Assembly: GCA_964429135.1 (NCBI GenBank)
Contig: CAYSAU010000007.1
Span: 18,456 to 82,455, forward strand
Length of the DNA stretch: 64,000 nucleotides
Direction of reading: 5' to 3'
Source of the DNA: an uncultured Prolixibacteraceae bacterium
GTDB taxonomy: Bacteria > Bacteroidota > Bacteroidia > Bacteroidales > FEN-979
Part shown: one piece after another, positions 17,803-27,943 of the stretch
Numbering within the stretch: position 1 is the stretch's first letter
Layout of the letters: the number at the start of each line of letters is the position of its first letter
The notes under the pieces: generated by a model
Database searches by the model: none
Told to the model about the DNA's origin: nothing
What the model saw: the letters and a program-made list of their open reading frames with translations, nothing else
Translations under genes and position numbers: made by a program

Positions 17803-18438
17803 TCAGCGAAGGTCCTGAATGTCAACACCGGGATGCTTGGCAGCATCGAAGGTGAAATCGGCAATGGTAACGGGAATATCAGTCTGGTATCGGGTAATGG
17901 TATAAGCATAAACACTGCCGTTCTTGTCAAAAAGTTTGAAACTTTTTACCTGGGTTTTCGCTTTATCAATTCCAAGAATTGCCTTGGTGATATTTTTTTG
18001 TTTGTTTGGGATCAGTTCAATCAATTCAGTATTTGCATCTTGTTTCTTTTCTTTAATGATCCTGGCTTTGTAATTTTCGTTGTATGAGCTAAGCAATTTG
18101 GAAGGGGTCATGGAATCATCCGCTTCATCAAGCGTACTGATCTGAACTTCATTGGATTTTTCAATATAGGTCCAGATGGTTTTTCCATCGCAATAAATGA
18201 TACGACCGGCTGCACTCATCCTATATTTATTACCTGAAAGCAACAGCGAACCGGTTTTTTCCTCATTGATTTTTGCTTTTTCGTTGACCATGGAATAAGA
18301 AAACTCAGCTTTGATGGATTTAGATCCTTTGGTTTTCGTACTCAGGGCATCCAGTAAAGCAATGGCTTTTTGGTCCTTGTGTTGAGCCAGGCTCATCAAG
18401 GAAGCAAAAAGAAGGATAACGGAAAATATATTTCTCAT
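17803..18438 (-). CDS. lolA: LolA-like outer-membrane lipoprotein carrier protein
   Basis: Signal peptide, size and position directly downstream of ftsK, which is the conserved synteny. Confidence 0.65.
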   Translation of the reverse strand: MRNIFSVILLFASLMSLAQHKDQKAIALLDALSTKTKGSKSIKAEFSYSMVNEKAKINEEKTGSLLLSGNKYRMSAAGRIIYCDGKTIWTYIEKSNEVQISTLDEADDSMTPSKLLSSYNENYKARIIKEKKQDANTELIELIPNKQKNITKAILGIDKAKTQVKSFKLFDKNGSVYAYTITRYQTDIPVTIADFTFDAAKHPGVDIQDLR

Positions 18439-18452
18439 GATGTTATTGGTTA

Positions 18453-20909
18453 TTAGATTTCTCCCAATTCATTTAAATGTTGTTCCAGTGATGATAGGTC
18501 TTTAAATCTGACTTCTCTGGCCTTGCTACCTTCAAAGGGACCAACGATTCCGGAAGCTTCAAGTTGGTCGATGATTCTACCGGCTCTGTTATAGCCCAGC
18601 TTCAGCTTCCGTTGTATCAGGGAAGTGGAACCATGCTGATGCTGCACAACCAGCCTTGCTGCTTCATTAAAGAATTCATCTTTTTGGTCGGGATCAAATT
18701 CCTTGCTCGGTCCGCTTCCTTCATCATAGTATTCCGGCAGGTCAAAGGCAGAGGGGTATCCTCTTTGTGAGCCAATGAATTCAGTGACTTTGTCAATTTC
18801 CGGTGTGTCAACAAAAGCACATTGGAGACGGATCAGATCACTTCCTGTTGACAGTAGCATGTCGCCCCTGCCAATGAGCTGGTCAGCGCCCGAGGAATCA
18901 AGAATGGTACGGCTGTCAATTTTGGAAATAACCCTGAAAGCAATCCTGGCAGGAAAATTCGCTTTTATGGTACCGGTTATGATATTGACCGATGGACGTT
19001 GTGTGGCAATGATGAGATGGATCCCTGTAGCTCTTGCCAATTGTGCCAAACGAGTCAGTGGGGTTTCAATTTCCCTGCCGGCTGTCATAATCAGATCAGC
19101 AAATTCATCGATCACTAATACAATGTAAGGAAGGAATTTGTGTCCTTCATTCGGATTTAACTGACGGGAGAAAAACTTCTCATTGTATTCCTTTATATTT
19201 CTGACCTGTGCATCCCTGAGCAGATCGTAACGGCTGTCCATTTCAATGTTCAGGGAATTCAGGGTACGGATCACTTTTTTAGTATCAGTAATGATCGCTT
19301 CTTCCGAATCAGGAAGTTTGGCTAAATAATGCCGTTCTATTTTACTGTAGAGAGTAAGTTCAACTTTTTTTGGATCAATGAGAACGAATTTAACCTGTGC
19401 GGGATGTTTCTTATAGAGCAGGGAGGTGATAATGGTATTCAATCCGACGGATTTTCCTTGTCCGGTAGCTCCGGCCATCAGCAGGTGAGGCATTTTGGCC
19501 AGATCAGCGATAAAGGTCTCATTTGAAATCGTTTTTCCCATAACAAATGGCAATTCAAAGGAAGTGCTTTTGAATTTTTCCGAGGCCAAGAGGGATTTTA
19601 TGGAAACAATTTCTGGATGCTGATTTGGAACTTCTATGCCTATGGTACCCTTTCCGGGAATGGGCGCAATGATGCGGATACCTAAAGCAGCGAGACTGAG
19701 GGCAATATCATCTTCAAGGTTTTTTATCTTTGATATTCTGACTCCGGCTTCAGGAACAATTTCATATAAAGTTACAGCAGGTCCAATGGTGGCCTTGATC
19801 TTCTGGATACGGATATCGTAATTGCCTAGAGTCTGGACAATTTTATCTTTGTTGGCTTCCAGTTCCTCCTTTCTGACATTAATGGCATCGCTGCTACCAT
19901 ATTCATTCAGCAGATCAATGGGTGGAAATTTATATCCTGAAAGATCCAGCGTGGGATCATATTTTGTCTCCAGTCCCTGACGGTTGTCTTTTTCTTCAAA
20001 AACACCCTTGATTTCTTCCTTTTGGGGTTCAATCTGAAGCTCAATGCCAGAGGGTTCAACAGGAAATTCCTCCTCAGTCTTAGGCAGATCAAAGTCTATT
20101 TCGTTGGGTTGAGCAGCAGTGTCCTCATTCAGGGTGTTGAAAAGCGGTGATGGCTCAATTTCGGTGGGGGTTTCTTCCACGCGGATTTCTTGCTTTCTTC
20201 CTGAAGCAAGCCAGCGAAATGGGATATTGAAGGCAAGGATAAGAAAACTGAGGAAGGTAAATCCAAGCAGCAGACTAAGCCCGGAGCTGCCTAAAAACTC
20301 CATTCCCCAAAGGTTCATCTGAAACCCATAGACACCGCTCAGCAGGTCGTTTTCAGGCCAGATCAGACCAAAAAAAATGGGTATCCAGAGAATCCCGAAA
20401 AAGCAATATTCCATGGTTTTCCAAACAGGGAAAATTTTGATGCCGAAAAAAAGTTTCATCCCGGAATTCAGAAGGATAATGATAAAAAGAAAGGAGGCAA
20501 GGCCAAACCATTTGGATATTAAAAGATAGGCCACGATAGCTCCTGTTTTTCCCATCCAGTTTTCTACCGGGAAAGTGTTGTCAAAGAGATGATCGAAAGT
20601 AAAATGTTTAAAAACAGTATCGGTGAAACTATAATCCGTTTTCCAGGTTTGAACATATGATGCAAGGGAAAAAAGTAAGTATAATGCCAATATCAGGAGA
20701 AACAAACCCAGCACTCTGAGTCTTTGTTCACGTTTTGCAAGTTCTTGTTCACTGGGCAGCCGTTTTTCTCTTTTCGGTTTTTCTGATCTTGTTTTTTTGG
20801 TCTTCTTAATTTTTTTTTCAGGAACTTCCACGGCAGGGATCGGGGGATCATCAGGGGTAAGATCCTCTTTGAAAGTATTTGTTTTTAAAGGAATGTTTTG
20901 TTTTGCCAT
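18453..20909 (-). CDS. ftsK: DNA translocase FtsK/SpoIIIE
   Basis: N-terminal TM domain, Walker A (GATGQGKSV), VIDEFADL and a C-terminal gamma winged helix (STSLIQRKLKLGYNRAGRIIDQLE). Confidence 0.93.
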   Translation of the reverse strand: MAKQNIPLKTNTFKEDLTPDDPPIPAVEVPEKKIKKTKKTRSEKPKREKRLPSEQELAKREQRLRVLGLFLLILALYLLFSLASYVQTWKTDYSFTDTVFKHFTFDHLFDNTFPVENWMGKTGAIVAYLLISKWFGLASFLFIIILLNSGMKLFFGIKIFPVWKTMEYCFFGILWIPIFFGLIWPENDLLSGVYGFQMNLWGMEFLGSSGLSLLLGFTFLSFLILAFNIPFRWLASGRKQEIRVEETPTEIEPSPLFNTLNEDTAAQPNEIDFDLPKTEEEFPVEPSGIELQIEPQKEEIKGVFEEKDNRQGLETKYDPTLDLSGYKFPPIDLLNEYGSSDAINVRKEELEANKDKIVQTLGNYDIRIQKIKATIGPAVTLYEIVPEAGVRISKIKNLEDDIALSLAALGIRIIAPIPGKGTIGIEVPNQHPEIVSIKSLLASEKFKSTSFELPFVMGKTISNETFIADLAKMPHLLMAGATGQGKSVGLNTIITSLLYKKHPAQVKFVLIDPKKVELTLYSKIERHYLAKLPDSEEAIITDTKKVIRTLNSLNIEMDSRYDLLRDAQVRNIKEYNEKFFSRQLNPNEGHKFLPYIVLVIDEFADLIMTAGREIETPLTRLAQLARATGIHLIIATQRPSVNIITGTIKANFPARIAFRVISKIDSRTILDSSGADQLIGRGDMLLSTGSDLIRLQCAFVDTPEIDKVTEFIGSQRGYPSAFDLPEYYDEGSGPSKEFDPDQKDEFFNEAARLVVQHQHGSTSLIQRKLKLGYNRAGRIIDQLEASGIVGPFEGSKAREVRFKDLSSLEQHLNELGEI

Positions 20910-20915
20910 GGATTA

Positions 20916-21596
20916 TTATTCCATCCCTCCAAATTTCGATTTCAGCTCTTCCTGTGTAGTAAGAGTATAATCAGAGGGGATTTCAAATTCCTTTGCTGAG
21001 ATATTCTTCTTTTCCACTGAGGCAGCAGTAAATTTCATCATGAATTGCGGAGTTTTCAAGGAAAATTCCAATAAAATTCCGTCGATATCTTTGTACAGGG
21101 GATTGTCGAAATTGGCTTGTTTTCCTCCTAGTTCCCGAGTATAATAAATTTCATAGGTATTCTTTGTTGCATTTTCTTCCACCGTGATGGTTGCTTTATT
21201 ACAGGCATAACCGGCAATCATTTTTTGGTCACCGGAAAGTTCAATCGTGGGTTTTGGGCTTTTTGCAATTTCATTTTCAATTTCTTCTGCCGTTGTTTTT
21301 ACAGCAAATTTCTGCCCTCCCATATTGATTAACCTGAATTTTGTTTTATTGATATAATCCGTGATCTCTGTTTGAATACCCATCCCTGTTGCAATTTCAG
21401 TTTTCGATTTGGGACCCTTGATGGTCACGGTCAGAATTTTAGGGAACATGGCCAACTGGCTTTCGGTAAACTTACTGCCGGGATAAGTTATTTTATAAGT
21501 CACTACGCCTTCAAAAGGTTTAGTGGCTTGAATGGAAGTATTCGCAGAAAAGATAATTGCCATGAGGATCAGGCATGTGGTCAGTATTTTTTTCAT
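20916..21596 (-). CDS. Hypothetical secreted protein (DUF4412-like)
   Basis: Has a signal peptide. The family assignment is tentative. Confidence 0.5.
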   Translation of the reverse strand: MKKILTTCLILMAIIFSANTSIQATKPFEGVVTYKITYPGSKFTESQLAMFPKILTVTIKGPKSKTEIATGMGIQTEITDYINKTKFRLINMGGQKFAVKTTAEEIENEIAKSPKPTIELSGDQKMIAGYACNKATITVEENATKNTYEIYYTRELGGKQANFDNPLYKDIDGILLEFSLKTPQFMMKFTAASVEKKNISAKEFEIPSDYTLTTQEELKSKFGGME

Positions 21597-21649
21597 GTTG
21601 TATGATTTATATAATTTGACGCGATATATATTTTCATTACAAAATTAGC

Positions 21650-23164
21650 CTATTTTACGATTCTCATCAGTTTCCTCCACCTGATTTTTCCATCAAAAAG
21701 AGATTTGTTTGGGTCAAGCGATAACCAGACAAAAACGGCTTTCCCCACGATATGGTCTTCGGGAACGAATCCCCAGTACCTCGAGTCGGCGGAATTATGA
21801 CGGTTATCGCCCATCATCCAAAAATAATCCATGGTAAACGTATAATGATTGGTTTCCTTTCCATTGATGAAAATTTTACCTTCTTTAAGGATGAGGTCAT
21901 TTCCTTCAAAAACCCTGATGATACGTTCGTACAGGCAAATATTTTTCAGGTCAAGCGGAATGGTGACGCCCTTTTTGGGAACCCATAAAGGTCCGAAGTT
22001 ATCCACATTCCATGCATAGGCAGAATCAAAAGGGAATAAATTGGGATCACGGGTCCCTTTTGGCACGATCTCAGGCTCAATTGCGATGACATTACTGAAT
22101 TGTCTGATCTTTTCTACTGCATTTTCCGATAAAGTCATTTCATAGGTTCCCCGGTTATCAGTGGCAATATTTTCTGTTATATCGAGTTTTTCAAGATTTT
22201 TCGTATTGATAGGGTCTCCGTTGGTTTTGATTAAATACTTAAATTGTTTCTTGCCAAAGTTGTGCTCAGGTTTCCCGTTGATAAAAACCTTTTGATCAAT
22301 AATCTGAATGGTATCACCGGGTATCCCGATGCATCTCTTGATGAAGTTTTCTCTTTTGTCGACAGGCCGGGTGATGATTTCCCCGAAATTAAGTTTGTCA
22401 TTCCAGACGTTATCCCGCCCGAATTGCCGCACTAACTGGTAATAGCTGGCATTGCTCTGGAATTTGGTAGAAAGCGTATCGCCGTCGGGGTAGTTAAAGA
22501 CCACCACATCCATGTTTTTTATTTTTGCCAGCCCGGGAAAGCGGTAATAGGGGAGTGTGATCCACTGAACATAAGATTTTACAGTTTCAGTCAGGGGTAA
22601 AGTATGGTGAACAAAGGGAAACGAAAGGGGAGTATTGGGTACTTTTGGTCCGTAACTAAGCTTTGAAACGAAAAGATAATCCCCAACAAGCAGGGTTTTT
22701 TCCATGGAAGAAGTGGGAATGGTGTAGGCCTCTATTAAAAAAATACGGATGATGCTGGCAGCAATTACGGCAAAAATAATAGCATCCACCCATTCGCGTG
22801 TAGCTGATTTTTTGGGGGGAGTTTGTTTTTTGGGATCAGTATATGTTTCATGATCAGAGAAAGCGAGATAAGGAAGATAGACAAAAGGGAAAAGAACGCC
22901 CAGCGCTTGTTGTCCCAGACCATATTTTTTAAAGCATTTGCAGGTTTCAACGATCATCAATAAAAGGACAAACACATTGATGAAAGGAACGAGCAGGAAA
23001 ATATACCACCACATTGGTTTTCTGACAATTTTTAGCCAGATATACCAGTTGTAAAAAGGGATCAGGATTTTCCATCCTTTTTCTCCAGATTTGTTAAAGA
23101 TTCCCCAGAGCCCGGCCATGGACAATACGAAAAAAACGATAAATAAAACAAGGTAGAGGTTCAT
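21650..23164 (-). CDS. lepB: Signal peptidase I (long Bacteroidota form with an N-terminal membrane domain)
   Basis: Shows PTSSMEKTLLVGDYLFVSK, KRCIGIPGD and GDNRHNSADSR. Confidence 0.9.
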   Translation of the reverse strand: MNLYLVLFIVFFVLSMAGLWGIFNKSGEKGWKILIPFYNWYIWLKIVRKPMWWYIFLLVPFINVFVLLLMIVETCKCFKKYGLGQQALGVLFPFVYLPYLAFSDHETYTDPKKQTPPKKSATREWVDAIIFAVIAASIIRIFLIEAYTIPTSSMEKTLLVGDYLFVSKLSYGPKVPNTPLSFPFVHHTLPLTETVKSYVQWITLPYYRFPGLAKIKNMDVVVFNYPDGDTLSTKFQSNASYYQLVRQFGRDNVWNDKLNFGEIITRPVDKRENFIKRCIGIPGDTIQIIDQKVFINGKPEHNFGKKQFKYLIKTNGDPINTKNLEKLDITENIATDNRGTYEMTLSENAVEKIRQFSNVIAIEPEIVPKGTRDPNLFPFDSAYAWNVDNFGPLWVPKKGVTIPLDLKNICLYERIIRVFEGNDLILKEGKIFINGKETNHYTFTMDYFWMMGDNRHNSADSRYWGFVPEDHIVGKAVFVWLSLDPNKSLFDGKIRWRKLMRIVK

Positions 23165-23209
23165 AGAATGTTGATTAATGTTAAGAATAACGTATAAGTA
23201 AAGGCTTTC

Positions 23210-23947
23210 TTATCCAGCCTCTTCCATTTTTTTTGACTGAAGGAAGGTACTCAGTTCAAAGAATCCTGTCTTCCCGATCATCCATTCTGCTGCCTGGATT
23301 GCACCAAGTGCAAATCCCTTGCGGTTTTTAGCATGATGGCGGATTTCAATGATATCCTCATCCGATTCGTACTTCACCTGATGAATCCCTGGAATATTCT
23401 CTTCGCGAAAAGATTTAATACCCAGTTCATCCGGATTGCTTGGAACTTCTTTTACCCACTTTTCTTTTCTTTCGATCAGGTTGATGATGTCGTTGGCCAG
23501 GACAATGGCCGTACCACTGGGAGCATCCTGCTTGTGAATATGATGAGTTTCTTCAATCGAGATCTCATACCCCTCCCATTTTGTCATCATGTTTGCCAGA
23601 TAGCGGTTAAGGTCAAAGAACAGATTGACGCCGATACTGAAATTGGGAGAATACATCATTCCCTGTTTTCGATCAATGCAATCCTTCCGGATTTGTTCCA
23701 GCTTTTCTGACCAGCCCGTTGTACCGGTCACAATTGGAACATGGGCATCAAAGCAACGATAAATGTTGTCAACCACACAGGCCGGAGTGGAAAACTCAAT
23801 TGCAACATCGGCAAGCGGGAGTTCGTTACCTGATTTATCCCAATCTTCCTGACCATCGATGCAAACAATGATCTCGTGTTTCCTTTTAATGGCCAGTTTT
23901 TCGATTTCCTGTCCCATTTTTCCATATCCGATGATTGCAATCTTCAT
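23210..23947 (-). CDS. dapB: 4-hydroxy-tetrahydrodipicolinate reductase
   Basis: Shows MKIAIIGYGKMG, ETHHIHKQDAPSGTA and the right size. The start is set at 23947, because the longer ORF would overlap the upstream gene. Confidence 0.88.
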   Translation of the reverse strand: MKIAIIGYGKMGQEIEKLAIKRKHEIIVCIDGQEDWDKSGNELPLADVAIEFSTPACVVDNIYRCFDAHVPIVTGTTGWSEKLEQIRKDCIDRKQGMMYSPNFSIGVNLFFDLNRYLANMMTKWEGYEISIEETHHIHKQDAPSGTAIVLANDIINLIERKEKWVKEVPSNPDELGIKSFREENIPGIHQVKYESDEDIIEIRHHAKNRKGFALGAIQAAEWMIGKTGFFELSTFLQSKKMEEAG

Positions 23948-23966
23948 AAAAGCTTTGAAAAGAAGG

Positions 23967-24539
23967 TTAAAAATGAAAACTGATTTTGAGTCCGGTGGCC
24001 GTCCGACGGGCATATCCCGTGGGTTCGACTACAGGCTCCAATTTCAGGGCTAATTTATCACTGATGTTATAGGTGTACAAATGGGCATCGACGGCCGCAT
24101 CCACTATATTTAAAACATACCACACAGCTGAGATCAGGCAGGATATTTCGAGGTTTCTCCGGTAATATTCCCTTGCAGATAGCAATTCCTCAAGGGTATA
24201 TCGATTGGCCAGCTCTTTGTAATTTCCATTGGTATTCCCGTTGCTCTTTTCAATATAGGCACATTTATAGTTCAGGTATTCATCGGTATTAAAGGCGATG
24301 AAGTATGTCATGACCCCGATTCCTGCATATATGATGGGAACTTTCCAGTATTTTTTGTTATAAATCTGGCCAAGACCGGGGAGCAGTGCCGACATAATGG
24401 TAGCCTTGGTCGGAGAATGTTCTTTTTGCCTCACGGAATCAGGGGGCTCCACAGTAGATTTTTCTGTTTGCGGGTGAGCTGAAACAGGTAACATTAAGGT
24501 CAGGATTAACAAAAAAATGAAAGGAAAAGAAACTTTCAT
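23967..24539 (-). CDS. DUF5683 domain protein
   Basis: Shows SALLPGLGQIYNKKYWKVPIIYAG and occupies the typical parB-dapB interposed position in Bacteroidota. Confidence 0.7.
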   Translation of the reverse strand: MKVSFPFIFLLILTLMLPVSAHPQTEKSTVEPPDSVRQKEHSPTKATIMSALLPGLGQIYNKKYWKVPIIYAGIGVMTYFIAFNTDEYLNYKCAYIEKSNGNTNGNYKELANRYTLEELLSAREYYRRNLEISCLISAVWYVLNIVDAAVDAHLYTYNISDKLALKLEPVVEPTGYARRTATGLKISFHF

Positions 24540-25433
24540 TTAAGATTTAAGTTTCGTAAATATCCGGTCGAAATCTTCCTCCGACTTAAAAGGGATGATG
24601 ATAGATCCCGCCCCTTTATCATTTATTTTCAATTCAACCTTGGACTCCAGGATGGTATGAAGTATGTTTTTTGCATCATCGAATTTGGGAAGGAGGGTGA
24701 CTTTTCGCTTTTCTTTGGATGATTTGGTTTGATTGAGTTCCCTAACCGTTTCTTCAACCTGTCGTACAGATAATTTTTGTTCAAGGATTTGCTGGAGGAT
24801 GAGCAATTGTTCCTTTTCATCCTCAACGTTGACAATGGCTCTGGCATGCCCCATGGAGATCAGGTTATCCCTTACCGCGATCTGGATTTCTGTAGGGAGT
24901 TTGAGTAATCTGATATAATTGGATATGGTGGAACGGTCTTTTCCCAATTTCTGGCTGAGGTCTTCCTGTCGGAATTTACATTCTTCGAGCAGTCGTTGAA
25001 AACTAAAGGCGATTTCAAGGGGATTTAAATCCTCTCTTTGAATGTTTTCAACCAGAGCCATTTCGAGCATTTGTTCATCGTTGGCCACACGGATATAAGC
25101 CGGAACTTCAGTTAAGCCGGCAATTTTCGAGGCTTTCCACCTGCGTTCACCAGCAATGAGCTGGTATTTTTCGTGTCCTAATTTTCTGAGGGTAAGGGGT
25201 TGGATAATACCCTGTTGCTGAATGGATAATGCAAGTTCAGCCAGTTCTGTTTCACGGAAATATTTTCTGGGCTGAAAAGGATTGGCTTCGATTTGTTCTA
25301 CCTTGATTTGAGTAACTGCTCCAAGGTCATAGTTTCCTGATATTTCCTGAGAATTGGATGCACTACCCGGATGATCAAGAAGAGCACTCAGTCCTCTTCC
25401 CAATGCCTTTTTCTTGCCATGTATTTCAGACAT
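24540..25433 (-). CDS. parB: Chromosome partitioning protein ParB
   Basis: Shows NPFQPR, IQPL, LIAGERRWKAS and an HTH. Confidence 0.92.
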   Translation of the reverse strand: MSEIHGKKKALGRGLSALLDHPGSASNSQEISGNYDLGAVTQIKVEQIEANPFQPRKYFRETELAELALSIQQQGIIQPLTLRKLGHEKYQLIAGERRWKASKIAGLTEVPAYIRVANDEQMLEMALVENIQREDLNPLEIAFSFQRLLEECKFRQEDLSQKLGKDRSTISNYIRLLKLPTEIQIAVRDNLISMGHARAIVNVEDEKEQLLILQQILEQKLSVRQVEETVRELNQTKSSKEKRKVTLLPKFDDAKNILHTILESKVELKINDKGAGSIIIPFKSEEDFDRIFTKLKS

Positions 25434-26229
25434 TGATCTCTTTTTCTTCGTTCTTTAATCGGGTTAACTCATTATTCTGAAGGATCTCCCGGGCGAGGTT
25501 CAGATAATTGATGGCACCTGAACTATTAATGTCATGCATCATGATAGTTACTCCGAAACTCGGCGCCTCTCCGAGTTTTGTATTCCGGTTAATGAGGGTT
25601 TTGAAAACCATTTGCTGGAAATGGGTCTTGACTTCATCCACTACCTGTTTGGCCAGGTTTAGCCGGTTGTCGTACATGGTGAGCAGTATCCCTTCGATAT
25701 CCAGTTCGGGATTAAGTCTAGATTGGACAATTTTAATGGTATTCAGCAATTTGCCAAGGCCTTCGAGTGCGAAGTATTCACATTGTACCGGGATGATGAC
25801 TGAATCTGCCGCAGTCAGTGAGTTGACTGTGATCAAACCCAGGGAGGGCGAGCAATCAATGATGATAAATTCATAATTATCTTTGACTTTATTGATCACT
25901 TTCCTCATCATTTTCTCTCTGTTGGGCAGGGAGATCATTTCAATTTCGGCTCCAACCAGATCAATATGAGCCGGCAGAAGGTCAAGAAATGGAGTAGTGG
26001 TGTTGAGAATGATGTTCTGTGGTTCTACATCATCCATAATGCATTCATAGATACTCGTCTTGATATTACGCGGATCAAAACCCACACCGGAAGTTGCATT
26101 GGCTTGGGGATCTGCGTCAATAATCAGGGTGGTATGTTCAAGAACCGCTAAACCTGCAGCAAGATTTATAGCCGTTGTGGTTTTTCCGACTCCGCCTTTC
26201 TGATTGGCTATGGCAATTACTTTCCCCAT
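25426..26229 (-). CDS. parA: Chromosome partitioning ATPase ParA/Soj
   Basis: Has the deviant Walker A (NQKGGVGKTTT) and IIIDCSPSLG. Confidence 0.93.
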   Translation of the reverse strand: MGKVIAIANQKGGVGKTTTAINLAAGLAVLEHTTLIIDADPQANATSGVGFDPRNIKTSIYECIMDDVEPQNIILNTTTPFLDLLPAHIDLVGAEIEMISLPNREKMMRKVINKVKDNYEFIIIDCSPSLGLITVNSLTAADSVIIPVQCEYFALEGLGKLLNTIKIVQSRLNPELDIEGILLTMYDNRLNLAKQVVDEVKTHFQQMVFKTLINRNTKLGEAPSFGVTIMMHDINSSGAINYLNLAREILQNNELTRLKNEEKEINV

Positions 26230-26248
26230 GGGTAATACTTACATTTGG

Positions 26249-26256
26249 CAAAGTTA
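26249..26256 (-). promoter_or_regulatory. Candidate -7 box TAACTTTG for parAB
   Basis: Plus-strand CAAAGTTA, 20 nt upstream of the parA ATG. Confidence 0.4.
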
Positions 26257-26358
26257 AATCTAAATAAGAACAGGAAAGATAATGTTGAAAAGTTTTAAAA
26301 GAAATTCAACCATCAGGATGAATACTTCAAACCATTAGGTACATTTCCGGGATAAGGA

Positions 26359-26739
26359 TTATTGTTCTGAATCTGAATTTAAATCTTCAAACTCGATACT
26401 GACATGGTCTTTTTCAATTTCCTTCCCGTCGGGTTCAATAGGGGGAACCTCCCTGTACTCGGGCAGATCGGGAGCTTTCCCTGTTTTAACAAAGGAAATG
26501 GCGTCATTCAGGCCATGGTAGAATTTTTCGAAATCCTCCTTATACAGAAAGAGCTTATGTTTTTCATAAAAAAACTTACCTTGTTCATTGTTGAAACGGC
26601 GCTTACTTTCCGTAATCGTCAGGTAATACTCATCGCCAACGGTAGCTTTAACGTCAAAAAAGTAAGTCCGTTTACCTGCCCGAACAGCGCGTGAAAAAAT
26701 TTCACCCCTTTCTCTATCCTTATTCTCAAGATCTTCCAT
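26359..26739 (-). CDS. PUR-alpha-like DNA/RNA-binding protein (DUF3276)
   Basis: Shows AGKRTYFFDVKAT..YYLTITESKRR. Confidence 0.7.
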   Translation of the reverse strand: MEDLENKDRERGEIFSRAVRAGKRTYFFDVKATVGDEYYLTITESKRRFNNEQGKFFYEKHKLFLYKEDFEKFYHGLNDAISFVKTGKAPDLPEYREVPPIEPDGKEIEKDHVSIEFEDLNSDSEQ

Positions 26740-26787
26740 TGATGCAGTGTCGATTTTATGATAGGTTAATTATTCTTTCCTCAAACG

Positions 26788-26795
26788 CAAAAATA
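26788..26795 (-). promoter_or_regulatory. Candidate -7 box TATTTTTG for the DUF3276 gene
   Basis: Plus-strand CAAAAATA. Confidence 0.35.
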
Positions 26796-26833
26796 AAAAT
26801 ATTATTTGAAAATGAAAGCTTATTTTAATTCCT

Positions 26834-26841
26834 TAGATTTG
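26834..26841 (+). promoter_or_regulatory. Candidate -7 box TAGATTTG for nusB
   Basis: A TAnnTTTG match 47 nt upstream of the ATG. Confidence 0.4.
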
Positions 26842-26887
26842 CATCCTGTTATTCATTGCTAATGTTTGTTCTTATTAATCATGAAAT

Positions 26888-27850
26888 ATGTTAGGTAGAA
26901 GGCATTTCAGGATCAAGGTGCTTCAGGCATTGTACGCGTATTTTCAGGGGGGTGAAACCCGTCTTGATATAGCTGAGAAAAACCTTCTCTTAAGTATTAA
27001 TAAAATTTCCGAACTTTATTTCCTACAACTTTCTTTTTTATTGGAAGTCCTGCACTTCTATCGTTTCCGTATGGAGGAAGCGAAGACAAAATTCATCCCG
27101 ACCCAGGAAGAACTGAATCCAAACCTGAAGCTACTCAACAATAAACTGGTGATCCAGCTTCAGGAAAATCATGAACTTGCAGGCAGGTTCCGGCAATATA
27201 AGTTTTCCTGGACTGAAGAGCAGGAAATGATCAGAAAAGCCTATCTGAAGATTAAAAACAGCAAGGATCATGCAGAATATCTGAATTCTGGGAAAACCAC
27301 CTATCAAGAGGATCAGGTCTACCTTCTCAGGCTTTTCAGGAAATATATTGCAAAATCAGGCGATCTTCAGTTCTATTGCGAAGAACGTAACCTTTTCTGG
27401 GAAGATGATTTTGAAGTCGCTGCCGTTTTTGTGTTAAAAACCTTGAAATTACTGAATGAATCTTTTTCACCGGAACAGGAGCTCTTATCTCTGTTGAAAA
27501 AAGATCAGGAGGATGACCCGGAAAACGACAGGATTTTTATTCTTGAATTATTCAGGAAGTCGATTCTGCATAGTGAAGAATTTAACCTGATGATAGAGAC
27601 ACGTACGCGTAACTGGGAACTGGAAAGGATTGCACTGACTGATGTCATTTTAATCAAGATGGCCTTGACGGAATTTATATATTTCTCCCAAATTCCGGTA
27701 AAAGTAACCATGAATGAATATATTGAAATTTCAAAGCAGTTCAGTTCCGTGAAAAGCAAGTTGTTTATTAACGGAATTCTGGACAAACTGGTTGCTGATC
27801 TTAATAAAGAAAAAAAGATTGCAAAAACTGGCCGGGGATTGATAGTCTGA
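26888..27850 (+). CDS. nusB: Transcription antitermination factor NusB (long Bacteroidota form)
   Basis: N-terminal RRHFRIKVLQALYAY and C-terminal NEYIEISKQF..FINGILDK. Confidence 0.8.
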   Translation: MLGRRHFRIKVLQALYAYFQGGETRLDIAEKNLLLSINKISELYFLQLSFLLEVLHFYRFRMEEAKTKFIPTQEELNPNLKLLNNKLVIQLQENHELAGRFRQYKFSWTEEQEMIRKAYLKIKNSKDHAEYLNSGKTTYQEDQVYLLRLFRKYIAKSGDLQFYCEERNLFWEDDFEVAAVFVLKTLKLLNESFSPEQELLSLLKKDQEDDPENDRIFILELFRKSILHSEEFNLMIETRTRNWELERIALTDVILIKMALTEFIYFSQIPVKVTMNEYIEISKQFSSVKSKLFINGILDKLVADLNKEKKIAKTGRGLIV

Positions 27851-27943
27851 ACAGGATTATGCTTTGCATTTCACCATTAATTATTACATAAAAATACTAT
27901 TTGAACAAACCTGTCGTTAATTTACATTCAACTCCTGATACCT

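Noticed and set aside
23948-24013. The N-terminal extension of dapB, and similar extensions of recF (29858), hydB (7229), the T9SS cargo gene (57767), the GWxTD gene (49136) and argS (54209).
   Set aside because: Each would overlap the upstream gene or promoter box. The conserved N-terminus or signal peptide begins at an internal Met.
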